A DNA stretch of 64,000 nucleotides, from assembly GCF_002113885.1 (NCBI RefSeq), contig NW_018480054.1:318301-382300 (forward strand). Direction: 5' to 3'. Every line of letters begins with the position of its first letter. Within the stretch, counting starts at the first letter, position 1. Shown piece after piece: positions 1-12,314 of the stretch. This DNA is from Mizuhopecten yessoensis (Eukaryota). The position numbers and the translations under genes were made by a program. The notes under the pieces were generated by a model. It made no database searches, was not told the DNA's origin, and saw nothing but the letters and a program-made list of their open reading frames with translations.

Positions 1-285
1 TCTAAATAAGGAAATATCGCCATGTTTCTTTATTTGATCACTTTTATTCAATATTTTCTATAGTTATATCTCTTATAAAGTCAGAGATTACACTGTATGA
101 TCTGGTTAAATATAACATGTTATCATCTATTCATAAGGATTCCCAAGTCCACGAAAATTTTCTTTACCTTTTTGAATTTACAAATTCTTTATTGTACTTA
201 AAAAATATTAAATGAAACAAGATCTCAAATTATATTACTCATTCTTTAGCTTGTTGGCCCGGATATTAGAACACATGAGGTCGTA

Positions 286-352
286 GTGTGGGAGGAAACC
301 GGATAGTCCAGAGAAACCCTACGTGGTCGGGCAGGCGACTGCATTATTCTGG
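286..352 (-). mobile_element. V-domain SINE fragment
   Basis: Minus strand reads CCTGCCCGACCACGTAGGGTTTCTCTGGACTATCCGGTTTCCTCCCACAC, resembling the V-SINE core GGGTTTTCTCCGGGTACTCCGGTTTCCTCCCAC. Confidence 0.6.
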
Positions 353-3300
353 AAGTTGAATCATATAGTTTAATTTACAATGTATGAATGCTAATTCGAA
401 CGAACTTCATGCCATCTTTGCTGATAAAAACCCAAAAGAGAGTGTTATCAAACTCTGATATTGATTATGTTGATAGTGTCACGCTACTGGATAGTGATTT
501 TAACTTGAAGTTTGACTGTCACATATATAATGAGGTGTAAAAAAAAAACAGCCAAACAATTATCTGTTCTTAAGGTATTAAGTCAATCTGTCATTTCTAT
601 GCCTTTTCTATGTTAAATCTCAAATATTTCCCACTAGACTTGCGGTTTTGCAGCAAGAAAAAGTACTTCAAATCCAGAGAGCAAATTGATGTTGTTTTGG
701 GATGATAACCCCTCATGTCCTTAAATTGTGTACATGTCAGATGCATTAAGCTCATGGCCAAAGTGATTATTAAAATTGTAAATGACGTGTCACTTTAAGA
801 AATGTGTTATGTCTTGAAGAGTCTACTTTCAGTTTTAGGCGTGCGAACACCCCGGAGGTACCGAGGGTCAATCCTGCCAGGTACGGACTGAAACATGCCC
901 ACTTTGTGTTGTCGTGGGTGTGGAATGCCAACAAGCTAAGAACCACATCTTAGCTTGTTTGCGTTTTTTCGACAGCCTGAACAACATTTTGTGGCAGTGT
1001 GGTCAAGTTGACAAATGTTCTGTTCTGTCTATATATTTATAACTTTTATATAACAATAACTATATTACCTAGTTTGTTTGCTATAGGTCTGTGAATTTTA
1101 TTGTTATGTTAAGTATAAATCTTAGATTTTTGTGTTAATGACTTGCATTAGTTGATATTTACCAATGACTGTCAACATGCTTTCGTGTTTGTGTGTGTTT
1201 TTAGTTCTATAGGTATTTTATTAATTTATCTATTTATGTATTTTCATTTATTTACTGACAGACTTCATCATAATGAGCTTAGACGGAGTCCCATATAAAC
1301 GCCTGCAGTCCATATCAAACACTACGTGATAGCAGGGATCAAATTCTCATGGACAACTATTTCTCTTATTGCATCGACATGATCTATTAGACTTACATGT
1401 AGGTGATGGGCCAATTCGTAAACATTTATTTTGATACAAACAACGTCTCAGAACTACGTACTTAAATAAATTATTTGAATTATTTGCAGAATGCATATGA
1501 AACATATTAAAGGATCTTATATGAATTAATTTCAGACATTCATAAAAAAATAAACTACTATAAAGTCAATATTTTCAATTCGAAATGATCATTTTGTAAT
1601 AAAGCAATGGTTTGTTAATTAATTCTCCCTTTTTACAACGTTTTCCTCCTTTGTTCAATAATTCTATATTTGATCTCGAAAAAGGTGATAATCTTGTGTT
1701 GTTTTATGCTTTAAATAGTTACAATATTGGAAACCAAGCTGAACAGCAGATTGCAAAATACAAACTACAAATCTACTGTTCCATAACCCGGTGTCTTGTA
1801 TCATTTGCTAGAAATCTTAAATCACTGATTCAACTTGATTGTAAAACAGCATCACCCTTATGTTGAAGTTTGGCCTCTTTCCAACTGCTCTTTATTTTCT
1901 ATCTTCTCTGTAAACTTGCTTATGAACTTCAATACGGATGTGGTAAATTTATCAGGGAATCTATTAAGTAAAGAACTGGTTTACATACAATAGCATTGTA
2001 AGATCCTGTTTGGCACGTGTTCGCCCACAGGGCCAAACACATTCATTTAATTGTTGTACTGTTGAATATCTCGCCAGATCGTTTTCATGTCTATTGGTGA
2101 TACTTATCAATACAATCAAACTGTTTGATAGTTCCTAGGTGGTAGAGACCTGTCATTAATCCAATGTAGGATTTTTGAAAATAATAAGATTGACTAATTC
2201 TTCTTATCTATTTTTTCTGTTTAGAATGTAAGCTGTTACAGATCACAAAGAGCTTCTACTTTCCCTTCTTAATTCTCGAACAGATTCCTTCTTCTTGATT
2301 TCCATATAATTCCCCAAAAAAATCAAATGATTTATGTTCTCAGATTCTATCTCGAGCGGTATAGATCCTGACGTAACGTCATTTTCTATTTTATCGTTCA
2401 CATCATCGTTTCTCAGGCATTATCTAAAGAATGCTGTAAGATTTGATTTTCCAGATATCGATGTATGCGTGCTGAGGTATGGTGGCAGATACTATCTTTT
2501 CAATTAAGGAGGGGACTTTGAAAACGATCTTGAAATTTTCCTGGGAATGGTTAGTATATGAGCGGCAGTGTTACATACTTACCGGCGAACTGATAGTGGC
2601 GAGTTGTCATTAGCCACCGATAAAGATCGTTCTGAAGCCGAAAGCAACGAAAGTATATTATTCAAACACATATCATGTTAGAACATCAAAGAGTGAACGA
2701 AAAGGTTAAAAAAAAGGCTTGATTTTATATTTTCTCGTTTATTGATAGCCATCTTTGTATCTATAAAGAATTTCACAACTTAACACATACAGTGGGAATC
2801 CGTCAACACTGGTGCGGAACGTGAACTGAAGATAGGAGGACCTGTTTACACGTGATGGAGGGAGAACAATTCTAGTTTTATTGCTGATGTCAAACCCTTT
2901 CACTGTTGTAACATTGATAAAGATCTGTACAATAATTAAATTCTCAACATTTCTCATCACGCCTTTAAATAAGAATTATTTTTCTCGAGTTTCTCTCTAT
3001 ATGTCTCTCTGCGTCTGTTTTAACGACTTGTGAATGGATCGCTTACAAAACACATATATATCACATTTCTCATCGTTATTTTAAATGTTAGTTTTTAAAT
3101 GTTAGTTTTAAATACTGGGGCCCTTTTTTATGATATCTCCACTTCAATTTGATGTGTTTCGAAATGCTTTACTCAATACAAATGTGGGTAATATACACAC
3201 CTAGTAGTTTTATTTTCGAAGACCGGAATATTTATATGCTAATGTTTTTGGGAAATGTACGGAATGTCAGTTTGGACCGAATCACAAATCTAACCCACAA

Positions 3301-4084
3301 TCTTATATAGTTCCATATACAGTAACCATTGCTCCTATTAAGTTTGAATGTTTGATGTCCTTATAAAATAACAAAAGTATCGACTATTGGACTGAGTTAA
3401 GAAGACGATATTATGAATGGAGCAAAGATTTTTTTTTCTCGACAAATTATCGTGTGACAATGTCTAAATCACTTCCAATATCTTACAACATTATACACAT
3501 TATATGGTGCTCAGCTACTGAGTTCGGAACTACAGATAGTTTTTCTTCTCAAAATCATCCAACATAAAGTACGAACGAATACCAAACATGAATGCTGTAT
3601 GGATTGTATACACGTTCAGCACAGCTAGTTAAGGGTTTCTGTGTGACTTTTTCGCATTTGTCATTCAAGAACGTGGAAATTAAATTGAAGGGTTGATTAC
3701 AATACTGTTCCGTTTAAGCATGTAAACACTCCGTTATTGATCACTCTCCATTTGTTTGTATATATTGTACATAGTTCTGTTGCTATATTTTCTACCTATG
3801 GGCCGGTAGGCTTTCCGAAAAAAGAGCATTGAACATTGGCGTTGTGATGACTAGTTTGATGCGTTCCTTGTCATCTGCGTTTGTCAAATGTAAAAAAAAA
3901 GGTAGCGTGTATATACACAATGATGAAAAATACGTACGAATTTGCAATACAATCGCCGTCGTTTTGTCTACGCTATAATCGTATCTAAGTTAAGTTGATA
4001 TATACATGCATGTTTGTTGTAGACATGTATCTTTATACAAAGTGACGGCCAAATCCACAAAACAATTCGGCTTCGCTTTGTTTA

Positions 4085-5130
4085 ATACCGGGACATAGAT
4101 GAGCCCCCTCATCTCGAATCATAACTGGCCCGCTGCGGCGTATCTATATAACTTTATTGTATCAGCCGCTTGAACAGGTTGCTGTCTCTGTCCAATAATC
4201 TGGAGTTCTCCCAGTTAATAACACTTGAACAGGTTGCTGTCTCTGTCCAATAATCTAGAGTTCTCCCAGTTAATAACACTTGAACAGGTTGCTGTCTCTG
4301 TCCAATAGTTTGGAGTTCTCCCAGTTAATTACACTTGAACAGGTTGCCGTCTCTGTCCAATAGTCTGGAGTTCTCCCAGTTAATTACCCTTGAACAGGTT
4401 GCTGTCTCTGTCCAATAGTCTGGAGTTCTCCCCGTTAATAACACCTGAACAGGTTGCTGTCTCTGTCCAATAGTCTGGAGTTCTCCCAGTTAATAACACT
4501 TGAACAGTTTGCTGTCTCTGTCCAATAGTCTGGAATTCTCCCAGTTAATAACACTTGAACAGGTTGCTGTTTCTGTCCAATAGTCTGGAGTTCTCTCAGT
4601 TAATAACACTTGAACAGGTTGCTGTCTCTGTCCAATAGTCTGGAGTTCTCCACGTTAATAACACTTGAACACGTTGCTGTCTCTGGGACACCGACTACTT
4701 CCTTTCAGATCGGGTACAATTCTCTGGTTTTGGATAATCTCTGTTTTTCTCCTTGATTGCTTCTTGTTTCCTTTTCTTGTTCTGTTCTTTCCTTTGAGAC
4801 TTTTTGTACACTTTTGAGTGTCATTGTCCCAGCGATATGATTCTGCTCTTGCCTTTTTTCCTGTTGGTTGGTTTTGTGACAATTACATCACATGTGGCTT
4901 ACATCATGCGTACTACACCCCATCTTCCGGTTAAGGATGATGGAGTTGAAGTTCACATATTGGACGGTAAGCGTCTTTTTCCCAGACAAAAACCTTCACG
5001 ATTCCGTCATGTTCCTTTACAGGTAGGATATCTAGAAAGGGTATCGTGCCGTTGTTTCTTTCTCACATGTGATTCTGAATGTACATGGCGGGTGCTGGAT
5101 GGCAAACAAATACACTGGTGCATCGGAGTC
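4085..5130 (-). mobile_element. Decayed Penelope-like retroelement (RT C-terminus plus GIY-YIG endonuclease end)
   Basis: Frameshifted minus-strand remnants ITCEKE / NGTIPFLDIL (5024-5053), QYVNFNS (4942-4962) then HP..KMGVVR-like, later VINWENSRLLDRDSNLFKR and IRRSGPVMIRDEG (~4105-4145). Confidence 0.78.
4169..4685. repeat. 55-bp tandem repeat, about 9.5 copies
   Basis: Unit CTTGAACAGGTTGCTGTCTCTGTCCAATAGTCTGGAGTTCTCCCAGTTAATAACA. Confidence 0.95.
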
Positions 5131-8100
5131 AGAGTCGGTGTGGTGTTTTTTTTAGCGTATTGAGCAAGAATCGTCAATTTATTCCTCTTTTTTTTTAAGT
5201 GAAAAAGATACACCAACTCATCTTCTACTAGACGAAACAAATAAAGGATATCAAACGGCTATTTATAAATCACAAATGGTGCAGAATATCTAAATATTTG
5301 CAAGAGTGTGCCAGCTCAACGTCTGCTGACAAAACAGTGGCTAATTCAGAGTGTGATACGCAGTGTTAAGTTAATAAGCTGTGTGTGTTAGAAGTCCTTA
5401 TTTTATAGATGACGATTAAGCAGTTGTTGGCCAAAGGCTGAACTGGAATAGAATCGAAAGTTAAATCAGGGAAATATGAAAATACAGTTCCTTTTGTAAA
5501 ACTACAAAAGAGACAGAGGTGTATCGCCGCAAAGACAACTAATCTCCGCGGAAAAGAATTAAAAAAAGAAAGATTTGAAACTCTATAAAAAGAAAGGCAT
5601 TCGGATTGGTTTTGTTGTCAAAGACAACCAAACTTCAGACTTCGTGAAAGGAAAGAAAGACGGGATTTTTTATGAGAGACAAAAAGACAGCAGATTCTCA
5701 CTTGGGTAACAGAAAAGATGACTACAAAATGAATATTTTGTATAAGACGAACAGCACACTTTGGTATCCATGAACAGATTGGTTTGGGGTTTTGTTTAGC
5801 GTTTGGAGTCCTCTGAGTGTCGCAATAGTTGAGGTAATATAAAGACGAATGCCTAGCTAGACACCGTCGTAAAAAAGGCTTAGTAGGGGAAAGAAAGGAC
5901 AGGGAAGAAAATATATTTATAGATGTCTGAGTTGTGTTAAAGACAACCAGGCTTTAGACTATGCGGGAGGAGGGGGCGGCCATCACTGTATAATATGATG
6001 CATAGAGACATGGGGTCGGTCATGCATGACATATTTCACAACTCATTACAACAAGTCGTGGGAAAGTATCACTGCTTTCAAATGACAAATAAAGACTTGC
6101 GCTTCTCTGTGAACCGACTAAAATGGCGCCTTTAACACCGGTATTCAGTATTTAATTGATATCGTTATCCCTGGTACTCGGTATTGATTTGATGAAATAA
6201 ACATCTCCAACATCCATTTATACAATCTTCAAAATATTAAAATGCAAAAGCGAAATGAGTTAATGAATCATAATTTCTTTCTTTGGTGTGTAGTATATTT
6301 GACAGATAGCGTAATACAAGTACCCTGTGAAGTGATTCAATTGAACAGATACGCATTTTAGACGCAGTCATTTAAATTTGAAATTCCTATACGGTGAACG
6401 AATTAGACACAGACGTTTAGCGACAACTTTCTTCTATGTATTTAGTGCAAATCTGCAAAGTACGTTCTCAGCTTTTGTAAGGGCCTTTGATATGACAATG
6501 TTCAGGAGACTGGGAGACTGGGGGACTGGGGGGTAAGCCAGAGTCGAGTGATACCATGCTATCAAAGTCGGAATGAAGCATTGTTGATGTTTTGTTCTTT
6601 TTAAATTTAAAATTCTTCCACGACTATGAATGATGAAAGTTATTCGACGTATTCAATTAAAACTTTGACATTAGGAGTTATTTTTCGAAAGAAATAAAAT
6701 GATTAAATATCAACTGACATGCAAAAATACTTCCTAATGAAACGAAAATTTTGCGCGATTTTGGTATCATCATTAATTTGTTTAGCTGATAAAGGCGGGC
6801 TTTCAACGTGCTTACGTGATAAATTACGCTTGTATATGTGATTAGATATATGTTTGTTTGTGTTGTGTTTATTGGCAGCTCGGTCCATATCAGGTAATCT
6901 TGTTGGATGGAAAATGCAAAAAAAGTCCAATTGGAATTGTGTATGAAGATCAAGTGATGGACTTAGTCCAAATTGCTACTATCCTTCTGTATATTAATCT
7001 GAAGAATTGAAGGATTCAATCTCTCAATTCATTGTTATCGGCTAAAATTTAGTCTGAAACCATTAACGGCAAAACAACAACGTTTAAAATCGATTTGAAC
7101 TTTTTGTAGTTAGGTTTATCCGGTGTTATTTGACTGCTGCAATACAGAGGAGTAAATGCTGATTGGGTGTTCAATTCGTTAAGAATTGGTTTATACAGAA
7201 TGCAAACTTGGTTTTAGATACGAAATGAAAAATGACACCTCTCATGGGGCTTAAATGCAGACGGTCGTTATTCTTTATTATGAAATGACAGAGAACCCAA
7301 TAAACGTTGAGCGCTACTTCTGGTTTATTTCGTTGTATTCTGAGTGTAAAACTAGGTTGGTGTTTCGTTTCGATTTTACTTCACATGGTCGCGGTCCGGT
7401 ACTTCGGCGCATTCTGTCCAGTGAATCGAATAATTTCGTTGCAATTTTCGCAGAAATTATATGTTAATTGAAAAAATAAATTAGGCACGAACGATTGGTA
7501 TTACTACATACAAGTATGTTATAAGTTAAAATGGCGTAAACTCATATTTCGTATCTTGAGCTAATGCAGCAATTCGAAACAACAATAACAAATCCGTCTG
7601 TTACAAATCTGCTAATAGTGACAAACGAGTGTCACGTTTGTTTTACGTTTATCAATCTGACCACTACTTACGCCTACCTACTGAGCCTAACAGAACTAAG
7701 TTTATATGTTGATGGGTAGTTGAGGATGCAAGAAAAATATTGATACTTTAATAAACACACGGCGGTTTTCAGATTTATTGACACCGACATGAAATGATAT
7801 GCTGATATATTAACAGAAGTAGATCATGAATCACGAACAAAACATGATATTGTATGATAATAAGACGCCACTGATATAACTGCGAAGCCTTGCCTTTTAC
7901 TATTATTCCATTTGCCTTTGGCTACCACAATGTTTGACTCCCTTCCCCAGTATATACCACTTCAGGTTTAGCGTGCAGTTGATGTTTTTTTAGGTTAGAC
8001 GGACGTCGTATACAGCCGGGATACAACTGTACTTGTTCGGAAAGAGTTACGTAGCAACGCGATACGGTTAAGAAACAGAAATAAATTAACTTCAAGTTTA

Positions 8101-8414
8101 GCTTTCGCAAAGAGTTTTAAATGTGAAAGACGCTGTAGAGCGTCGCGAGGAAGGACTCTATCATTCGGCAAGACTTGCATGGCATCGCCAAGTGATCCAT
8201 TAACATTAGAAATAGCTCTACTAAAGGTCGAGAATGCGCAATGGGGCTTCAGTGTTATTTAGTCACATGTGTACTGACGTCGGTTCTCAACTGGGAGTTG
8301 TTTTCAGAGAAGAAAAGAAATAACCTGTTGTCCATTTAAACCTTTACAGCACATATTTTGCAGCGTTTGATTTTTCCGAAGTTTGCTTGGATATTGTTTG
8401 CTCACTAAAAGCCA

Positions 8415-8565
8415 TTTTTGGCGTTGTTGGTGTTATTTTTGGAGTTGTTGTGTTATTTTTGGCGTTGTTGGTGTTATTTTTGGCGTTGTTGGTGGTGTTA
8501 TTTTTGGCGTTGTTGGTGTTATTTTTGGCGTTGTTGGTGTTATTTTTGGCGTTGTTGATGTTTTT
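8415..8565. repeat. 21-bp tandem repeat, about 7 copies
   Basis: Unit TTTTTGGCGTTGTTGGTGTTA. Confidence 0.9.
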
Positions 8566-11507
8566 ACGTTGCGTCAGTGCCGTTGTGCTTTTTAGCCGCT
8601 GTGGATGTTTTGGTGTTGTTTTGAAGTTATTTTGGTCTGATAGTTCGTTATCAAGTGTATGATAAATGCAATAACGGTGTAAAAGTGTGTATCACTGTAA
8701 TTGTAAATGTCAAAAATAACTCTATTCAATAAATGTGCCTGATTGCTCGATCTCGTTCATGATATATATAATTTTGTTCCTATTGTGTAACGGTTACTAA
8801 GCAACTTCAAACAGGAATGTGAGACTGCTTCGCTCCGTCTCTAAACTGTTTATTGTACGGACACATTGTCGATCATCTATCTTTGCAAATCGTTTAAACT
8901 TGGTCACTGAGACACAGAGCTAAGTGCACGTCTTTTGTGAATTCGCAAATAACAATTGTGACAGCTAGATATTAAATTTATATTTTATTTTGTTTTAAAA
9001 TGTCCGTATCAAACGATTTAAGGGTATGGTGGATTGGGAAGATATAAAAATGGCACGTATCAACTGATACTGTCTTAATTATCTTCGTCGTAAAAAAAAT
9101 AACGATCGCCATCGTCACATAGGATTGCAGCCATCTAGGATCTGTGTATAACGAAAACAGGTTATAGATATAAATATTAGTAAAGTATCATAATAATCAC
9201 TTTGATAATACACAACCTAATTACAATTATGATATGTTAGTATTTATAAACTGTTGAGCTAACGATTGATAAATAGTTTAACATACAGATACTAGTAACT
9301 GTACATCTGAGTGGTTACCTAGATTGACAGTTATCCGTCACAGGAACACTGGCACGCGCCGCTAGGCCTGTAGTCCCGCCTACAGCTCGAGTGACGGCAG
9401 CACCTGTTGTGATGTACGAATGAGCCGCGTCACAGGTAGACACCAGGCAGAGACTACTTACCTGGGGGTACGAAGAGAGCGTGGGAATACAAAAACGCCA
9501 GTCCGTTTATGAGTTACTTGATATATGACAGTGTAAAAGGGGCCAATAATTAAAGCGACTTTGCAAACACAGGTTTTGTGTAGGACGCGGTATCTAACAT
9601 AAGCCGAATTTCATGTTTGTTTTACGGCAGCCAGTGCTGTACTTTATGGCCGTAGTTGAATCAGGTTGAAGAAAACAAATAACCTAAATTCTTCTGTTAT
9701 GTAACCCTTAAAAATGTACATCATCATAAATTTAGTGCGTCCATGTGATATATAGGAGTGTAAAATGAGGTTTGATCCACCAGATTTATTAAACGAGTCT
9801 GGACGTGATCATTTTAGTGTGGCTCTCATATTATATAAACTGGATACGTCCACGAGTTTTGCTGAATAATCGCAAAATCATGTTTGACCATAGTCAAGTC
9901 ATTAAGGTTACCCATTGTGGAGGGGTCTTAGTGAATGCTAATATAACCCCTTAACATGTCTGATACTGCTATCTAAATATCAGGATCGGTCCAACCACGG
10001 AATTAGATTAGGGTTATCTAAGTCCGTGGTCCAAAATACCTATTGTACCTTACATAAGTAGGTCCCGGAATAAAGAACCAGCACACTGAATGCCAGAACT
10101 TCAACGGTCACGGTAGCACGATCAACACTGCATCTGTCACATCTTAAGGTAATAGGATTGTGTCACCATTTCTCAGTAGAATTTCTTCAAATTTTGTAGT
10201 TATATTGCTTTGAAGTAAAGAAAATGTTCTGCCACAAAAAAAAATATAGGTTGTCAGAAGTTAAAGGATTTTAAATGGAAATGTATGTAAAAAGGAGTGA
10301 ATTTTGAAACAAAAACAGCGGGCTAACCGGTGGTGTCCCGGCATACACCTCCGAAAGGAAAGAATGGACAGGGAGAAAACAAAACCTTAGCTAAGATCTA
10401 ATCTATGTCCACAGAGTCACAGAGAAAACCGTCCAGTATGTCGGCGAATCAACATTGGTCGCCTCAACGTATACGATGACGCAGGCTAACGATACCCTCT
10501 GAACCTGCAAGGAAACCACTCTGGATGAGGAGAAGGGTAAATAAAGTACATGTAATTAAAATAAGTCAATAAATTGAGGATTAAGGTATGAGGCGACAGC
10601 GATTGTGCTGTGGATCACACTATTGCTCCTGTGTCGATCCCCTACAACGCCAGGTGGCGACAATAACTTGGTAGTGTATATTTCCTAGGGTCTGTATACA
10701 TGTCTTATACAGGTGTGTTACACGGGTATGTAGACAATAACTTGGTAGTGTATATTTCCTAGGGTCAACAGGAATCTAATCGCGACTAATCTCAGACTTT
10801 GTTGTATTTTGCACGTTAAAATAATAAACATATTTCCGGTCCCTCAGGCTCAGATGCTAAATTAATAAACAAAAGCTACCAGTTTCCTGTACGTACACAC
10901 AATAGCTCGCGGGTAGCACTGACGTGGAAAGAGGGCGGAGCTGGTTGTAAACAAAGACCATTGTCAGATAGAACATTTACATCTATTTCAAATATGTCAA
11001 AAAGACAAAAGATACAGAATACTTTTTATCCACTAAACGCTTTTCTTTTTTATGGGAGGCCTATTTGAATTTTCCCGGTAAACTTTCGAAAAATCCGATA
11101 GCATGAGGGAAAGATCCGAATGTTTTTTTTCGGATACCTTTCGATCACAGAAAACAATAGAAATTATTGTATAACGTCTATTTAATATGTCGTACCATTA
11201 TTTTGAGAAAGATATATTTAAAGGAAGTTAACTACGAAAATGTTAGAATTTATCATGTTTAGTAAAGAGCGAAGGGCTGGAGAGCAATGGATCAGAGCCC
11301 GTATGTTATGAAACTGTTCTCATATTCAGGTCTAACGAACATTCGTGTAAGTCGCCTAAATCAAGTAAATGGTGAAGTGTACGGACTGAATTAACGCTAT
11401 TTGGCTTTAAGTCTCCCTAAATTTCCCCGAATATGTGAAATGTTCAGCACAGAACTGACTTTTAAGCATGAGATCAATTTCATGAGTTCTCGACTCGTAT
11501 TCAAGAA

Positions 11508-11741
11508 ACCGTTCTCATGCTCAAGCATGGATTCTGTGCCCAAACAAATCAACTTCTTGTAACTCGGCTAAACGATGTCAAACGATCGAAAATTATAATG
11601 TAAACATTGAAAACAGTTTTCGGTTTTGAGTCTCTTCATTGTTTTTCCGAATCATGACAAAATAAGACTTTTTTATTAACGTATAACGGGAACTAACACC
11701 TCGGCTTGAACACAAAATCCATGCTTGAGCATGAGAACGGT
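11508..11741. mobile_element. MITE-like element with ~31-bp inverted repeats
   Basis: ACCGTTCTCATGCTCAAGCATGGATTCTGTG (11508-11538) versus CACAAAATCCATGCTTGAGCATGAGAACGGT (11711-11741). Confidence 0.65.
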
Positions 11742-12314
11742 CTGGTGTGATTACAAGGTATAGTAACGTTTCACATTATTGTGTTGCCCGCAACTAATCT
11801 GCATGATATTTCAGTTTTTTACAAACAAAACAAAAAAATCAGTTGCTTGAATTTAATCCAAAAATCATATTATTTGGATTAAAAACATCTTATGACAACG
11901 AGCATGTACCCCGTCCCAGCGTTCGAAAATCAAATGTTGCCGACGCCTGATGCCTTATGAGAGACAGTGCAATGTATTGTAGTCAGGATAGCCCTTTCAC
12001 TGTTGTTCAATATCACGGAGCCGTGACATGTAAGTTACCATCAATAACAATCATTGTTAAATGAGTAGTATACGAACCAGATGTGGTGTCTCCGATTTCC
12101 TCGCCCAGTGTCCTATATGACATATAATCTGACATGGTTTTATAATTTGGCGTCTGTATCACAGGGACCTGACAGATATATTTGAACTTAAACTAATGAA
12201 TATTGAAGTGTCAGTTTTACCTAAACCCCAAAACATGTAAAATTACTCTGAACACCTTAGTTAAGCTGTAACAAGTTAGCAGGTCCCTGTGGTCTGTATG
12301 TCTCAACGGATCCA

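Noticed and set aside
1780-2960. Coding-looking stretches, possibly old transposon ORFs
   Set aside because: No recognisable motif in the frames I read; needs BLASTX
7922-8240. Short overlapping ORFs, possible exon
   Set aside because: No recognisable domain or convincing splice-site pair
9350-9470. 7SL/Alu-like GCCTGTAGTCCC and U1-like ACTTACCTGG
   Set aside because: Matches are only 10-12 nt with no further similarity; the U1-like string is better read as a minus-strand donor
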